Below are positions 1 to 13,300 of a stretch of DNA of 64,000 nucleotides, piece by piece (the first letter of the stretch is position 1; each line of letters starts with the position of its first letter). The position numbers were made by a program, and so were the translations under genes. This stretch comes from Eledone cirrhosa. Lineage: Eukaryota. The DNA lies in assembly GCA_964016885.1 (NCBI GenBank), contig OZ024740.1, positions 415,400,001 to 415,464,000 of the forward strand. The letters are read 5' to 3'. Below the pieces are notes generated by a model that worked only from the letters and a program-made list of their open reading frames with translations, searched no databases and was not told where the DNA came from.

Positions 1-695
1 AATTGATGGATCTAGTTATGAAAGTAACAGATAGAGTTATACACAACTAATAAAGGATAGAATTAAGTGTGCAAGTAGGTCTTCTTCAGGTCTTAATTCT
101 CACCAAAGCCATCCTGTTATAGTTCTCCAGGCTATAACAGAAGAGTTTATGACTGACTGTCTGTGGGAATCAAAAGAGTTCCAAATATAGAAGCAATGTC
201 TAGAACCAAGATGCTTTAAATGAAAATTTGTAGACAAACGTTTTAGTTAACAAAATTGGACTCTACTGCCATTTGGAGAGTGGCTTTACTCAATATACTA
301 AAGATGTATATAAGCACTATGTACCCCATACTATGTACTAAATGTAAACTATATGATGCAATAGGATCATAAAGAGGTCGACAGGAGAAAACTTCATATG
401 TAGCAGATTCACAGAAGTAGTTAATAAATTCTTTCAAATATTTGGAAGGGAAGTAGTTGATGGCTCCTATTACCTAGATGATCTAATAAACAGTGGAATC
501 AGGTGCTCCAAAATCATAGTAGCAGTAGCCAGAGGTGGAAAAAGTTCAGGGAGTTATTACGTTTGCTGACAACAAGGGGGTTCCCTTTTCAAGTGAAGGG
601 CAGATTGTATGAAGTGCAATGTTACATGGTATCGAAACATCAACATTGAATGCAGAGTATGTACACAAGCTGGAAAGAAATGCAGTAAACATATA

Positions 696-747
696 CCACC
701 GCTGCTGCTAGCACCACGATCACCACCACCACTATCATCATCATCAT
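696..747. repeat. Imperfect compound trinucleotide microsatellite (CCA/GCT/CAC/CAT)n
   Basis: Sequence ccaccgctgctgctagcaccacgatcaccaccaccactatcatcatcatcat is seen directly. Confidence 0.8.
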
Positions 748-831
748 GTTGTTAGAGATTGGTCAGTACTCAAGCAGAGTTTCTGACCTCCAGGTGAGCC
801 AAGGACCTTACATACAATCCTGTTCTCTATC

Positions 832-1118
832 GAGTGCATTTTATCAGAGCACTAACTCTAGGGAAGGTGTCATGTCTATGGCACACCTGAAGAGTTTTCC
901 CCAACTCTTTACTTGGCAGGTTTCTATGGTTCCATGCCATCCTTTCTATCACCAACCACTTTACAGTGTAGGGAGTTGCTGTTTATTATAGAGATCACCG
1001 ACGCTAGGGAGGTTGTCATGTCTGTGGTACACTGAAAAGTCCTCTTGACATTTTGTTTCACAAAATTTCTACATCTAGATGTCCTTCCTGTCACCAACTA
1101 CTGTGGGTGAGGGTGCAG
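832..1118. repeat. Degenerate tandem duplication, two copies of a ~142-146-bp unit
   Basis: ctagggaaggtgtcatgtctatggcacacctgaagagt (858-895) matches ctagggaggttgtcatgtctgtggtacactgaaaagt (1004-1040), offset 146. tcctttctatcaccaaccact (940-960) matches tccttcctgtcaccaactact (1082-1102), offset 142. Confidence 0.8.
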
Positions 1119-4005
1119 TAATATGGAGGATAGGTCGTAATAGGTGAAGGAGACCACATACTGTTAGTGTGTATGGACATATGTTGTGTATGGGGGATGA
1201 CAGTGAATCAGATATAGTGTGTAAGAGAGAACACTGGGTATGGACATATGTTGTGTATGGTGGATGACAGTGAATCAGATATAGTGTGTAAGAGAGAACA
1301 CTGTGGGTATGGACATATGTTGTGTATGGGGGATGACAGTGAATCAGATATAGTGTGTAAGAGAGAACACTGTGGGTATGGACATATGTTGTGTATGGTG
1401 GATGACAGTGAATCAGATATAGAGTGTAAGAGAGAACACTGTGGGTATGGACATATGTTGTGTATGGGGGATGACAGTGAATCAGATATAGAATGTAAGA
1501 GAGAGCACTGTGGGTATGGACATATGATGTGTATGGGGGAAGACAGTGAATCAGATATAGTGTGTAAGAGAGAACACTGTGGGTATGGACATATGTTGTG
1601 TATGGGGGATGACAGTGAATCAGATATAGTGTGTAAGAGAGAACACTGTGGGTATGGACATATGTTGTGTATGGGGGATGACAGTTAATCAGATATAGTG
1701 TGTAAGAGAGAACACTGTGGGTATGGACATATGTTGTGTATGGGGGATGACAGTGAATCAGATATAGTGTGTAAGAGAGAACACTGTGGGTATGGACATA
1801 TGATGTGTATGGGGGAAGACAGAGAATCAGATATAGAGTGTAAGAGAGAACACTGTGGGTATGGACATATGTTGTGTATGGGGGAAGACAGTGAATCAGA
1901 TATAGTGTGTAAGAGAGAACACTGTGGCTATGTACATATGATGTGTATGGGGGATGACAGTGAATCAGATATAGTGTGTAAGAGAGAACACTGTGGGTAT
2001 GGACATATGTTGTGTATGGGGGATGACAGTGAATAAGATATAGTGTGTAAGAGAGAACACTGTGGGTATGGACATATGTTGTGTATGGGGGATGACAGTG
2101 AATCAGATATAGTGTGTAAGAGAGAACACTGTGGGTATGGACATATGTTGTGTATGGGGGATGACAGTGAATCAGATATAGTGTGTAAGAGAGAACACTG
2201 TGGGTATGGACATATGTTGTGTATGGGGGATGACAGTGAATCAGATATAGTGTGTAAGAGAGAACACTGTGGGTATGGACATATGATGTGTATGGGGGAA
2301 GACAGAGAATCAGATATAGAGTGTAAGAGAGAACACTGTGGGTATGGACATATGTTGTGTATGGGGGAAGACAGTGAATCAGATATAGTGTGTAAGAGAG
2401 AACACTGTGGCTATGTATATATGATGTGTATGGGGGATGACAGTGAATCAGATATAGTGTGTAAGAGAGAACACTGTGGGTATGGACATATGTTGTGTAT
2501 GGGGGATGACAGTGAATCAGATATAGTGTGTAAGAGAGAACACTGTGGGTATGGACATATGTTGTGTATGGGGGAAGACAGTGAAACAGATATAGAGTGT
2601 AAGAGATAACACTGTGGGTATGGACATATGTTGTGTATGGGGGATGACAGTGAATCAGATATAGAGTGTAAGAGAGAACACTGTGGGTATGGACATATGT
2701 TGTGTATGGGGGATGACAGTGAATCAGATATAGTGTGTAAGAGAGAACACTGTGGGTATGGACATATGTTGTGTATGGGGGATGACAGTGAATCAGATAT
2801 AGAGTAAGAGATAACACTGTGGGTATGGACATATGTTGTGTATGGGGGATGACAGTGAATCAGATATAGAGTGTAAGAGAGAACACTGTGGGTATGGACA
2901 TATGTTGTGTATGGGGGATGACAGTGAATCAGATATAGTGTGTAAGAGAGAACACTGTGGGTATGTACATATGATGTGTATGGGGGATGACAGTAAATCA
3001 GATATAGAGTGTAAGAGAGAAGACTGTGGGTATGGACATATGTTGTGTATGGGGGATGACAATGAATCAGATATAGTGTGTAAGAGAGAACACTGTGGGT
3101 ATGGACATATGTTGTGTATGGGGGATGACAGTGAATCAGATATAGTGTGTAAGAGAGAACACTGTGGGTATGGACATATGTTGTGTATGGGGGATGACAG
3201 TGAATCAGATATAGTGTGTAAGAGAGAACACTGTGGGTATGGACATATGTTGTGTATGGGGGATGACAGTGAATCAGATATAGTGTGTAAGAGAGAACAC
3301 TGTGGGTATGGACATATGTTGTGTATGGGGGATGACAGTGAATCAGATATAGTGTGTAAGAGAGAACACTGTGAGTATGGACATATGTTGTGTATGGGGG
3401 ATGACAGTGAATCAGATATAGTGTGTAAGAGAGAACACTGTGGGTATGGACATATGTTGTGTATGGGGGATGACAGTGAATCAGATATAGAGTGTAAGAG
3501 AGAACACTGTGGGTATGGACATATGTTGTGTATGGGGGATGACAGTGAATCAGATATAGTTTGTAAGAGAGAACACTGTGGGTATGGACATATGTTGTGT
3601 ATGGGGGATGACAGTAAATCAGATATAGAGTGTAAGAGAGAACACTGTGGGTATGGACATATGTTGTGTATGGGGGATGACAGTGAATCAGATATAGTGT
3701 GTAAGAGAGAACACTGTGGGTATGGACATATGTTGTGTATGGGGGATGACAGTAAATCAGATATAGAGTGTAAGAGAGAACACTGTGGGTATGGACATAT
3801 GTTGTGTATGGGGAATGACAGTGAATCAGATATAGTGTGTAAGAGAGAACACTGTGGGTATGGACATATGTTGTGTATGGGGGATGACAGTAAATCAGAT
3901 ATAGAGTGTAAGAGAGAACACTGTGGGTATGGACATATGTTGTGTATGGGGGATGACAGTAAATCAGATATAGAGTGTAAGAGAGAACACTGTGGGTATT
4001 GACAT

Positions 4006-7000
4006 ATGTTGTGTATGGGGGATGACAGTAAATCAGATATAGAGTGTAAGAGAGAACACTGTGGGTATGGACATATGTTGTGTATGGGGGATGACAGTGA
4101 ATCAGATATGGTGTGTAAGAGAGAACACTGTGGGTATGGACATATGTTGTGTATGGGGGATGACAGTAAATCAGATATAGAGTGTAAGAGAGAACACTGT
4201 GGGTATGGACATATGTTGTGTGTGGCGGATGACAGTGAATCAGATATAGTGTGTAAGAGAGAACACTGTGGGTATGGACATATGTTGTGTATGGGGGATG
4301 ACAGTGAAGCAGATATAGTGTGTAAGAGAGAACACTGTGGGTATGGACATATGTTGTGTATGGGGGATGACAGTGAATCAGATATAGAATGTAAGAGAGA
4401 ACACGGTGGGTATGGACATATGTTGTATATGGGGCATGACAGTAAATCAGATATAGAATGTAAGAGAGAACACTGTGGGTATGGAGATATGTTGTGTATG
4501 GGGGATGACAGTGAATCAGTTATAGAGTGTAAGAGAGAACACTGTGGGTATGGACATATGTTATGTATGGGGGATGACAGTAAATCAGATATAGTGTGTA
4601 AGAGAGAAAACTGTAGGTATGGACATATGTTGTGTATGGTGGATGACAGTGAATCAGATATTGTGTGTAAGAGAGAACACTGTGGGTATGGACATATGAT
4701 GTGTATGGGGGATGACAGTGAATCAGATATAGTGTGTAAGAGAGAACACTGTGAGTATGGACATATGTTGTGTATGGGGGATGACAGTGAATCAGATATA
4801 GTGTGTAAGAGAGAACACTGTGGGTATGGACATATGTTGTGTATGGGGCATGACAGTGAATCAGATATAGTGTGTAAGAGAGAACACTGTGGGTATGGAC
4901 ATATGTTGTGTATGGGGGATGACAGTGAATCAGATATAGTGTGTAAGAGAGAACACTCTGGGTATGGACATATGTTGTGTATGGGGGATGACAGTGAATC
5001 AGATATAGAGTGTAAGAGAGAACACTGTGGGTATGGACATATGTTGTGTATGGGGGATGACAGTGAATCAGATATAGTGTGTAAGAGAGAACACTGAGGG
5101 TATGGACATATGTTGTGTATGGGGGAAGACAGTGAATCAGATATAGTGTGTAAGCGAGAGCACTGTGGGTATGGACATATGATGTGTATGGGGGAAGACA
5201 GTGAATCAGATATAGTGTGTAAGAGAGATCACTGTGGGTATGGACATATGTTGTGTATGGGGGATGACAGTGAATCAGATATAGTGTGTAAGAGAGAACA
5301 CTGTGGGTATGGACATATGTTGTGTATGGGGGATGACAGTAAATCAGATATAGAGTGTAAGAGAGAACACTGTGGGTATGGACATATGTTGTGTATGGGG
5401 GATGACAGTAAATCAGATATAGAGTGTAAGAGAGAACACTGTGGGTATTGACATATGTTGTGTATGGGGGATGACAGTAAATCAGATATAGAGTGTAAGA
5501 GAGAACACTGTGGGTATGGACATATGTTGTGTATGGGGGATGACAGTGAATCAGATATGGTGTGTAAGAGAGAACACTGTGGGTATGGACATATGTTGTG
5601 TATGGGGGATGACAGTAAATCAGATATAGAGTGTAAGAGAGAACACTGTGGGTATGGACATATGTTGTGTGTGGCGGATGACAGTGAATCAGATATAGTG
5701 TGTAAGAGAGAACACTGTGGGTATGGACATATGTTGTGTATGGGGGATGACAGTGAATCAGATATAGTTTGTAAGAGAGAACACTGTGGGTATGGACATA
5801 TGTTGTGTATGGGGGATGACAGTAAATCAGATATAGAGTGTAAGAGAGAACACTGTGGGTATGGACATATGTTGTGTATGGGGGATGACAGTGAATCAGA
5901 TATAGTGTGTAAGAGAGAACACTGTGGGTATGGACATATGTTGTGTATGGGGGATGACAGTAAATCAGATATAGAGTGTAAGAGAGAACACTGTGGGTAT
6001 GGACATATGTTGTGTATGGGGAATGACAGTGAATCAGATATAGTGTGTAAGAGAGAACACTGTGGGTATGGACATATGTTGTGTATGGGGGATGACAGTA
6101 AATCAGATATAGAGTGTAAGAGAGAACACTGTGGGTATGGACATATGTTGTGTATGGGGGATGACAGTAAATCAGATATAGAGTGTAAGAGAGAACACTG
6201 TGGGTATTGACATATGTTGTGTATGGGGGATGACAGTAAATCAGATATAGAGTGTAAGAGAGAACACTGTGGGTATGGACATATGTTGTGTATGGGGGAT
6301 GACAGTGAATCAGATATGGTGTGTAAGAGAGAACACTGTGGGTATGGACATATGTTGTGTATGGGGGATGACAGTAAATCAGATATAGAGTGTAAGAGAG
6401 AACACTGTGGGTATGGACATATGTTGTGTGTGGCGGATGACAGTGAATCAGATATAGTGTGTAAGAGAGAACACTGTGGGTATGGACATATGTTGTGTAT
6501 GGGGGATGACAGTGAAGCAGATATAGTGTGTAAGAGAGAACACTGTGGGTATGGACATATGTTGTGTATGGGGGATGACAGTGAATCAGATATAGAATGT
6601 AAGAGAGAACACGGTGGGTATGGACATATGTTGTATATGGGGCATGACAGTAAATCAGATATAGAATGTAAGAGAGAACACTGTGGGTATGGAGATATGT
6701 TGTGTATGGGGGATGACAGTGAATCAGTTATAGAGTGTAAGAGAGAACACTGTGGGTATGGACATATGTTATGTATGGGGGATGACAGTAAATCAGATAT
6801 AGTGTGTAAGAGAGAAAACTGTAGGTATGGACATATGTTGTGTATGGTGGATGACAGTGAATCAGATATTGTGTGTAAGAGAGAACACTGTGGGTATGGA
6901 CATATGATGTGTATGGGGGATGACAGTGAATCAGATATAGTGTGTAAGAGAGAACACTGTGAGTATGGACATATGTTGTGTATGGGGGATGACAGTGAAT

Positions 7001-10000
7001 CAGATATAGTGTGTAAGAGAGAACACTGTGGGTATGGACATATGTTGTGTATGGGGCATGACAGTGAATCAGATATAGTGTGTAAGAGAGAACACTGTGG
7101 GTATGGACATATGTTGTGTATGGGGGATGACAGTGAATCAGATATAGTGTGTAAGAGAGAACACTCTGGGTATGGACATATGTTGTGTATGGGGGATGAC
7201 AGTGAATCAGATATAGAGTGTAAGAGAGAACACTGTGGGTATGGACATATGTTGTGTATGGGGGATGACAGTGAATCAGATATAGTGTGTAAGAGAGAAC
7301 ACTGAGGGTATGGACATATGTTGTGTATGGGGGAAGACAGTGAATCAGATATAGTGTGTAAGCGAGAGCACTGTGGGTATGGACATATGATGTGTATGGG
7401 GGAAGACAGTGAATCAGATATAGTGTGTAAGAGAGATCACTGTGGGTATGGACATATGTTGTGTATGGGGGATGACAGTGAATCAGATATAGTGTGTAAG
7501 AGAGAACACTGTGGGTATGGACATATGTTGTGTATGGGGGATGACAGTAAATCAGATATAGAGTGTAAGAGAGAACACTGTGGGTATGGACATATGTTGT
7601 GTATGGGGGATGACAGTAAATCAGATATAGAGTGTAAGAGAGAACACTGTGGGTATTGACATATGTTGTGTATGGGGGATGACAGTAAATCAGATATAGA
7701 GTGTAAGAGAGAACACTGTGGGTATGGACATATGTTGTGTATGGGGGATGACAGTGAATCAGATATGGTGTGTAAGAGAGAACACTGTGGGTATGGACAT
7801 ATGTTGTGTATGGGGGATGACAGTAAATCAGATATAGAGTGTAAGAGAGAACACTGTGGGTATGGACATATGTTGTGTGTGGCGGATGACAGTGAATCAG
7901 ATATAGTGTGTAAGAGAGAACACTGTGGGTATGGACATATGTTGTGTATGGGGGATGACAGTGAAGCAGATATAGTGTGTAAGAGAGAACACTGTGGGTA
8001 TGGACATATGTTGTGTATGGGGGATGACAGTGAATCAGATATAGAATGTAAGAGAGAACACGGTGGGTATGGACATATGTTGTATATGGGGCATAACAGT
8101 AAATCAGATATAGAATGTAAGAGAGAACACTGTGGGTATGGAGATATGTTGTGTATGGGGGATGACAGTGAATCAGTTATAGAGTGTAAGAGAGAACACT
8201 GTGGGTATGGACATATGTTATGTATGGGGGATGACAGTAAATCAGATATAGTGTGTAAGAGAGAAAACTGTAGGTATGGACATATGTTGTGTATGGTGGA
8301 TGACAGTGAATCAGATATTGTGTGTAAGAGAGAACACTGTGGGTATGGACATATGATGTGTATGGGGGATGACAGTGAATCAGATATAGTGTGTAAGAGA
8401 GAACACTGTGAGTATGGACATATGTTGTGTATGGGGGATGACAGTGAATCAGATATAGTGTGTAAGAGAGAACACTGTGGGTATGGACATATGTTGTGTA
8501 TGGGGCATGACAGTGAATCAGATATAGTGTGTAAGAGAGAACACTGTGGGTATGGACATATGTTGTGTATGGGGGATGACAGTGAATCAGATATAGTGTG
8601 TAAGAGAGAACACTCTGGGTATGGACATATGTTGTGTATGGGGGATGACAGTGAATCAGATATAGAGTGTAAGAGAGAACACTGTGGGTATGGACATATG
8701 TTGTGTATGGGGGATGACAGTGAATCAGATATAGTGTGTAAGAGAGAACACTGAGGGTATGGACATATGTTGTGTATGGGGGAAGACAGTGAATCAGATA
8801 TAGTGTTTAAGCGAGAGCACTGTGGGTATGGACATATGATGTGTATGGGGGAAGACAGTGAATCAGATATAGTGTGTAAGAGAGAACACTGTGGGTATGG
8901 ACATATGTTGTGTATGGGGGATGACAGTGAATCAGATATAGTGTGTAAGAGAGAACACTGTGGGTATGGACATATGTTGTGTATGGGGGATGACAGTAAA
9001 TCAGATATAGAGTGTAAGAGAGAACACTGTGGGTATGGACATATGTTGTGTATGGGGGATGACAGTAAATCAGATATAGAGTGTAAGAGAGAACACTGTG
9101 GGTATTGACATATGTTGTGTATGGGGGATGACAGTAAATCAGATATAGAGTGTAAGAGAGAACACTGTGGGTATGGACATATGTTGTGTATGGGGGATGA
9201 CAGTGAATCAGATATGGTGTGTAAGAGAGAACACTGTGGGTATGGACATATGTTGTGTATGGGGGATGACAGTAAATCAGATATAGAGTGTAAGAGAGAA
9301 CACTGTGGGTATGGACATATGTTGTGTGTGGCGGATGACAGTGAATCAGATATAGTGTGTAAGAGAGAACACTGTGGGTATGGACATATGTTGTGTATGG
9401 GGGATGACAGTGAAGCAGATATAGTGTGTAAGAGAGAACACTGTGGGTATGGACATATGTTGTGTATGGGGGATGACAGTGAATCAGATATAGAATGTAA
9501 GAGAGAACACGGTGGGTATGGACATATGTTGTATATGGGGCATAACAGTAAATCAGATATAGAATGTAAGAGAGAACACTGTGGGTATGGAGATATGTTG
9601 TGTATGGGGGATGACAGTGAATCAGTTATAGAGTGTAAGAGAGAACACTGTGGGTATGGACATATGTTATGTATGGGGGATGACAGTAAATCAGATATAG
9701 TGTGTAAGAGAGAAAACTGTAGGTATGGACATATGTTGTGTATGGTGGATGACAGTGAATCAGATATTGTGTGTAAGAGAGAACACTGTGGGTATGGACA
9801 TATGATGTGTATGGGGGATGACAGTGAATCAGATATAGTGTGTAAGAGAGAACACTGTGAGTATGGACATATGTTGTGTATGGGGGATGACAGTGAATCA
9901 GATATAGTGTGTAAGAGAGAACACTGTGGGTATGGACATATGTTGTGTATGGGGCATGACAGTGAATCAGATATAGTGTGTAAGAGAGAACACTGTGGGT

Positions 10001-10300
10001 ATGGACATATGTTGTGTATGGGGGATGACAGTGAATCAGATATAGTGTGTAAGAGAGAACACTCTGGGTATGGACATATGTTGTGTATGGGGGATGACAG
10101 TGAATCAGATATAGAGTGTAAGAGAGAACACTGTGGGTATGGACATATGTTGTGTATGGGGGATGACAGTGAATCAGATATAGTGTGTAAGAGAGAACAC
10201 TGAGGGTATGGACATATGTTGTGTATGGGGGAAGACAGTGAATCAGATATAGTGTGTAAGCGAGAGCACTGTGGGTATGGACATATGATGTGTATGGGGG
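4006..10300. repeat. 21-monomer (1,449-bp) higher-order repeat, about four copies, with one 11-monomer interruption
   Basis: The diagnostic variant gggtattgac (GGA>TGA) ends ORFs at 4002, 5451, 6210, 7659 and 9108, giving spacings of 1449, 759, 1449 and 1449 (21, 11, 21 and 21 x 69). Near-identical 363-aa translations start at 4006, 6214, 7663 and 9112. Confidence 0.93.
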
Positions 10301-13300
10301 ATGACAGTGAATCAGATATAGTGTGTAAGAGAGAACACTGTGGGTATGGACATATGTTGTGTATGGGGGATGACAGTGAATCAGATATAGTGTGTAAGAG
10401 AGAACACTGTGGGTATGGAAATATGTTGTGTATGGGGGATGACAGTGAATCAGATATAGTGTGTAAGAGAGAACACTGTGGGTATGGACATATGTTGTGT
10501 ATGGGGGATGACAGTGAATCAGATATAGTGTGTAAGAGAGAACACTGTGGGTATGGACATATGTTGTGTATGGGGGATGACAGTGAATCAGATATAGAAT
10601 GTAAGAGAGAACACGGTGGGTATGGACATATGTTGTATATGGGGCATGACAGTAAATCAGATATAGAATGTAAGAGAGAACACTGTGGGTATGGAGATAT
10701 GTTGTGTATGGGGGATGACAGTGAATCAGATATAGTGTGTAAGAGAGAACACTGTGAGTATGGACATATGTTGTGTATGGGGGATGACAGTGAATCAGAT
10801 ATAGTGTGTAAGAGAGAACACTGTGGGTATGGACATATGTTGTGTATGGGGGATGACAGTGAATCAGATATAGAGTGTAAGAGAGAACACTGTGGGTATG
10901 GACATATGTTGTGTATGGGGGATGACAGTGAATCAGATATAGTTTGTAAGAGAGAACACTGTGGGTATGGACATATGTTGTGTATGGGGGATGACAGTAA
11001 ATCAGATATAGAGTGTAAGAGAGAACACTGTGGGTATGGACATATGTTGTGTATGGGGGATGACAGTGAATCAGATATAGTGTGTAAGAGAGAACACTGT
11101 GGGTATGGACATATGTTGTGTATGGGGGATGACAGTAAATCAGATATAGAGTGTAAGAGAGAACACTGTGGGTATGGACATATGTTGTGTATGGGGGATG
11201 ACAGTGAATCAGATATAGTGTGTAAGAGAGAACACTGTGGGTATGGACATATGTTGTTTATGGGGGATGACAGTAAATCAGATATAGAGTGTAAGAGAGA
11301 ACACTGTGGGTATGGACATATGTTGTGTATGGGGGATGACAGTAAATCAGATATAGAGTGTAAGAGAGAACACTGTGGGTATTGACATATGTTGTGTATG
11401 GGGGATGACAGTAAATCAGATATAGAGTGTAAGAGAGAACACTGTGGGTATGGACATATGTTGTGTATGGGGGATGACAGTGAATCAGATATGGTGTGTA
11501 AGAGAGAACACTGTGGGTATGGACATATGTTGTGTATGGGGGATGACAGTAAATCAGATATAGAGTGTAAGAGAGAACACTGTGGGTATGGACATATGTT
11601 GTGTGTGGCGGATGACAGTGAATCAGATATAGTGTGTAAGAGAGAACACTGTGGGTATGGAGATATGTTGTGTATGGGGGATGACAGTGAAGCAGATATA
11701 GTGTGTAAGAGAGAACACTGTGGGTATGGACATATGTTGTGTATGGGGGATGACAGTGAATCAGATATAGAATGTAAGAGAGAACACGGTGGGTATGGAC
11801 ATATGTTGTATATGGGGCATGACAGTAAATCAGATATAGAATGTAAGAGAGAACACTGTGGGTATGGAGATATGTTGTGTATGGGGGATGAAAGTGAATC
11901 AGTTATAGAGTGTAAGAGAGAACACTGTGGGTATGGACATATGTTATGTATGGGGGATGACAGTAAATCAGATATAGTGTGTAAGAGAGAAAACTGTAGG
12001 TATGGACATATGTTGTGTATGGTGGATGACAGTGAATCAGATATAGTGTGTAAGAGAGAACACTGTGGGTATGGACATATGTTGTGTATGGTGGATGACA
12101 GTGAATCAGATATAGAGTGTAAGAGAGAACACTGTGGGTATGGACATATGTTGTGTATGGGGGATGACAGTGAATCAGATATAGAATGTAAGAGAGAGCA
12201 CTGTGGGTATGGACATATGATGTGTATGGGGGAAGACAGTGAATCAGATATAGTGTGTAAGAGAGAACACTGTGGGTATGGACATATGTTGTGTATGGGG
12301 GATGACAGTGAATCAGATATAGTGTGTAAGAGAGAACACTGTGGGTATGGACATATGTTGTGTATGGGGGATGACAGTGAATCAGATATAGTGTGTAAGA
12401 GAGAACACTGTGGGTATGGACATATGTTGTGTATGGGGGATGACAGTGAATCAGATATAGTGTGTAAGAGAGAACACTGTGGGTATGGACATATGATGTG
12501 TATGGGGGAAGACAGAGAATCAGATATAGAGTGTAAGAGAGAACACTGTGGGTATGGACATATGTTATGTATGGGGGATGACAGTAAATCAGATATAGTG
12601 TGTAAGAGAGAAAACTGTAGGTATGGACATATGTTGTGTATGGTGGATGACAGTGAATCAGATATTGTGTGTAAGAGAGAACACTGTGGGTATGAACATA
12701 TGATGTGTATGGGGGATGACAGTGAATCAGATATAGTGTGTAAGAGAGAACACTGTGGGTATGGACATATGTTGTGTATGGGGCATGACAGTGAATCAGA
12801 TATAGTGTGTAAGAGAGAACACTGTGGGTATGGACATATGTTGTGTATGGGGGATGACAGTGAATCAGATATAGAGTGTAAGAGAGAACACTGTGGGTAT
12901 GGACATATGTTGTGTATGGGGGATGACAGTGAATCAGATATAATGTGTAAGAGAGAACACTGTGGGTATGGACATATGTTGTGTATGGGGGATGACAGTG
13001 AATCAGATATAGTGTGTAAGAGAGAACAGTGTGGGTATGGACATATGTTGTGTATGGGGGATGACAGTGAATCAGATATAGTGTGTAAGAGAGAACACTG
13101 TGGGTATGGACATATGTTGTGTATGGGGGAAGACAGTGAATCAGATATAGAGTGTAAGAGATAACACTGTGGGTATGGACATATGATGTGTATGGGGGAA
13201 GACAGAGAATCAGATATAGAGTGTAAGAGAGAACACTGTGGGTATGGACATATGTTGTGTATGGGGGAAGACAGTGAATCAGATATAGTGTGTAAGAGAG

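Larger units (their letters stand above)
1..1167. other. Non-satellite, AT-rich left flank of the array; apparently non-coding
   Basis: No 69-bp periodicity. It contains only two short ORFs (64 aa and 81 aa) with no motif I recognise. Confidence 0.75.

Noticed and set aside
243-437. 64-aa minus-strand ORF in the flank
   Set aside because: It is short, starts at a non-ATG codon and has no recognisable motif; such ORFs are expected by chance.
518-600. Possible DNA-transposon terminus (agtagcagtagccagaggtggaaaaagt...)
   Set aside because: I found no matching inverted terminus or target-site duplication in the window; this cannot be supported without a repeat-library search.
746-991. 81-aa plus-strand ORF in the flank
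   Set aside because: Its ATG comes from the end of the (CAT)n microsatellite, it overlaps a decayed duplication, and it has no recognisable domain.
1298-1306. Functional V(D)J recombination signal array or antigen-receptor locus
   Set aside because: The heptamer is present but there is no nonamer at 12- or 23-bp spacing, and no V, D or J coding segments.
1075-2832. Minus-strand His/Tyr/Pro/Thr-rich ORFs (also 29643-31535 and 59557-61842)
   Set aside because: These are antisense open frames of the same satellite. Start codons come from isolated variants or indels, and the unique tails are short read-through into the flank or the insertion.
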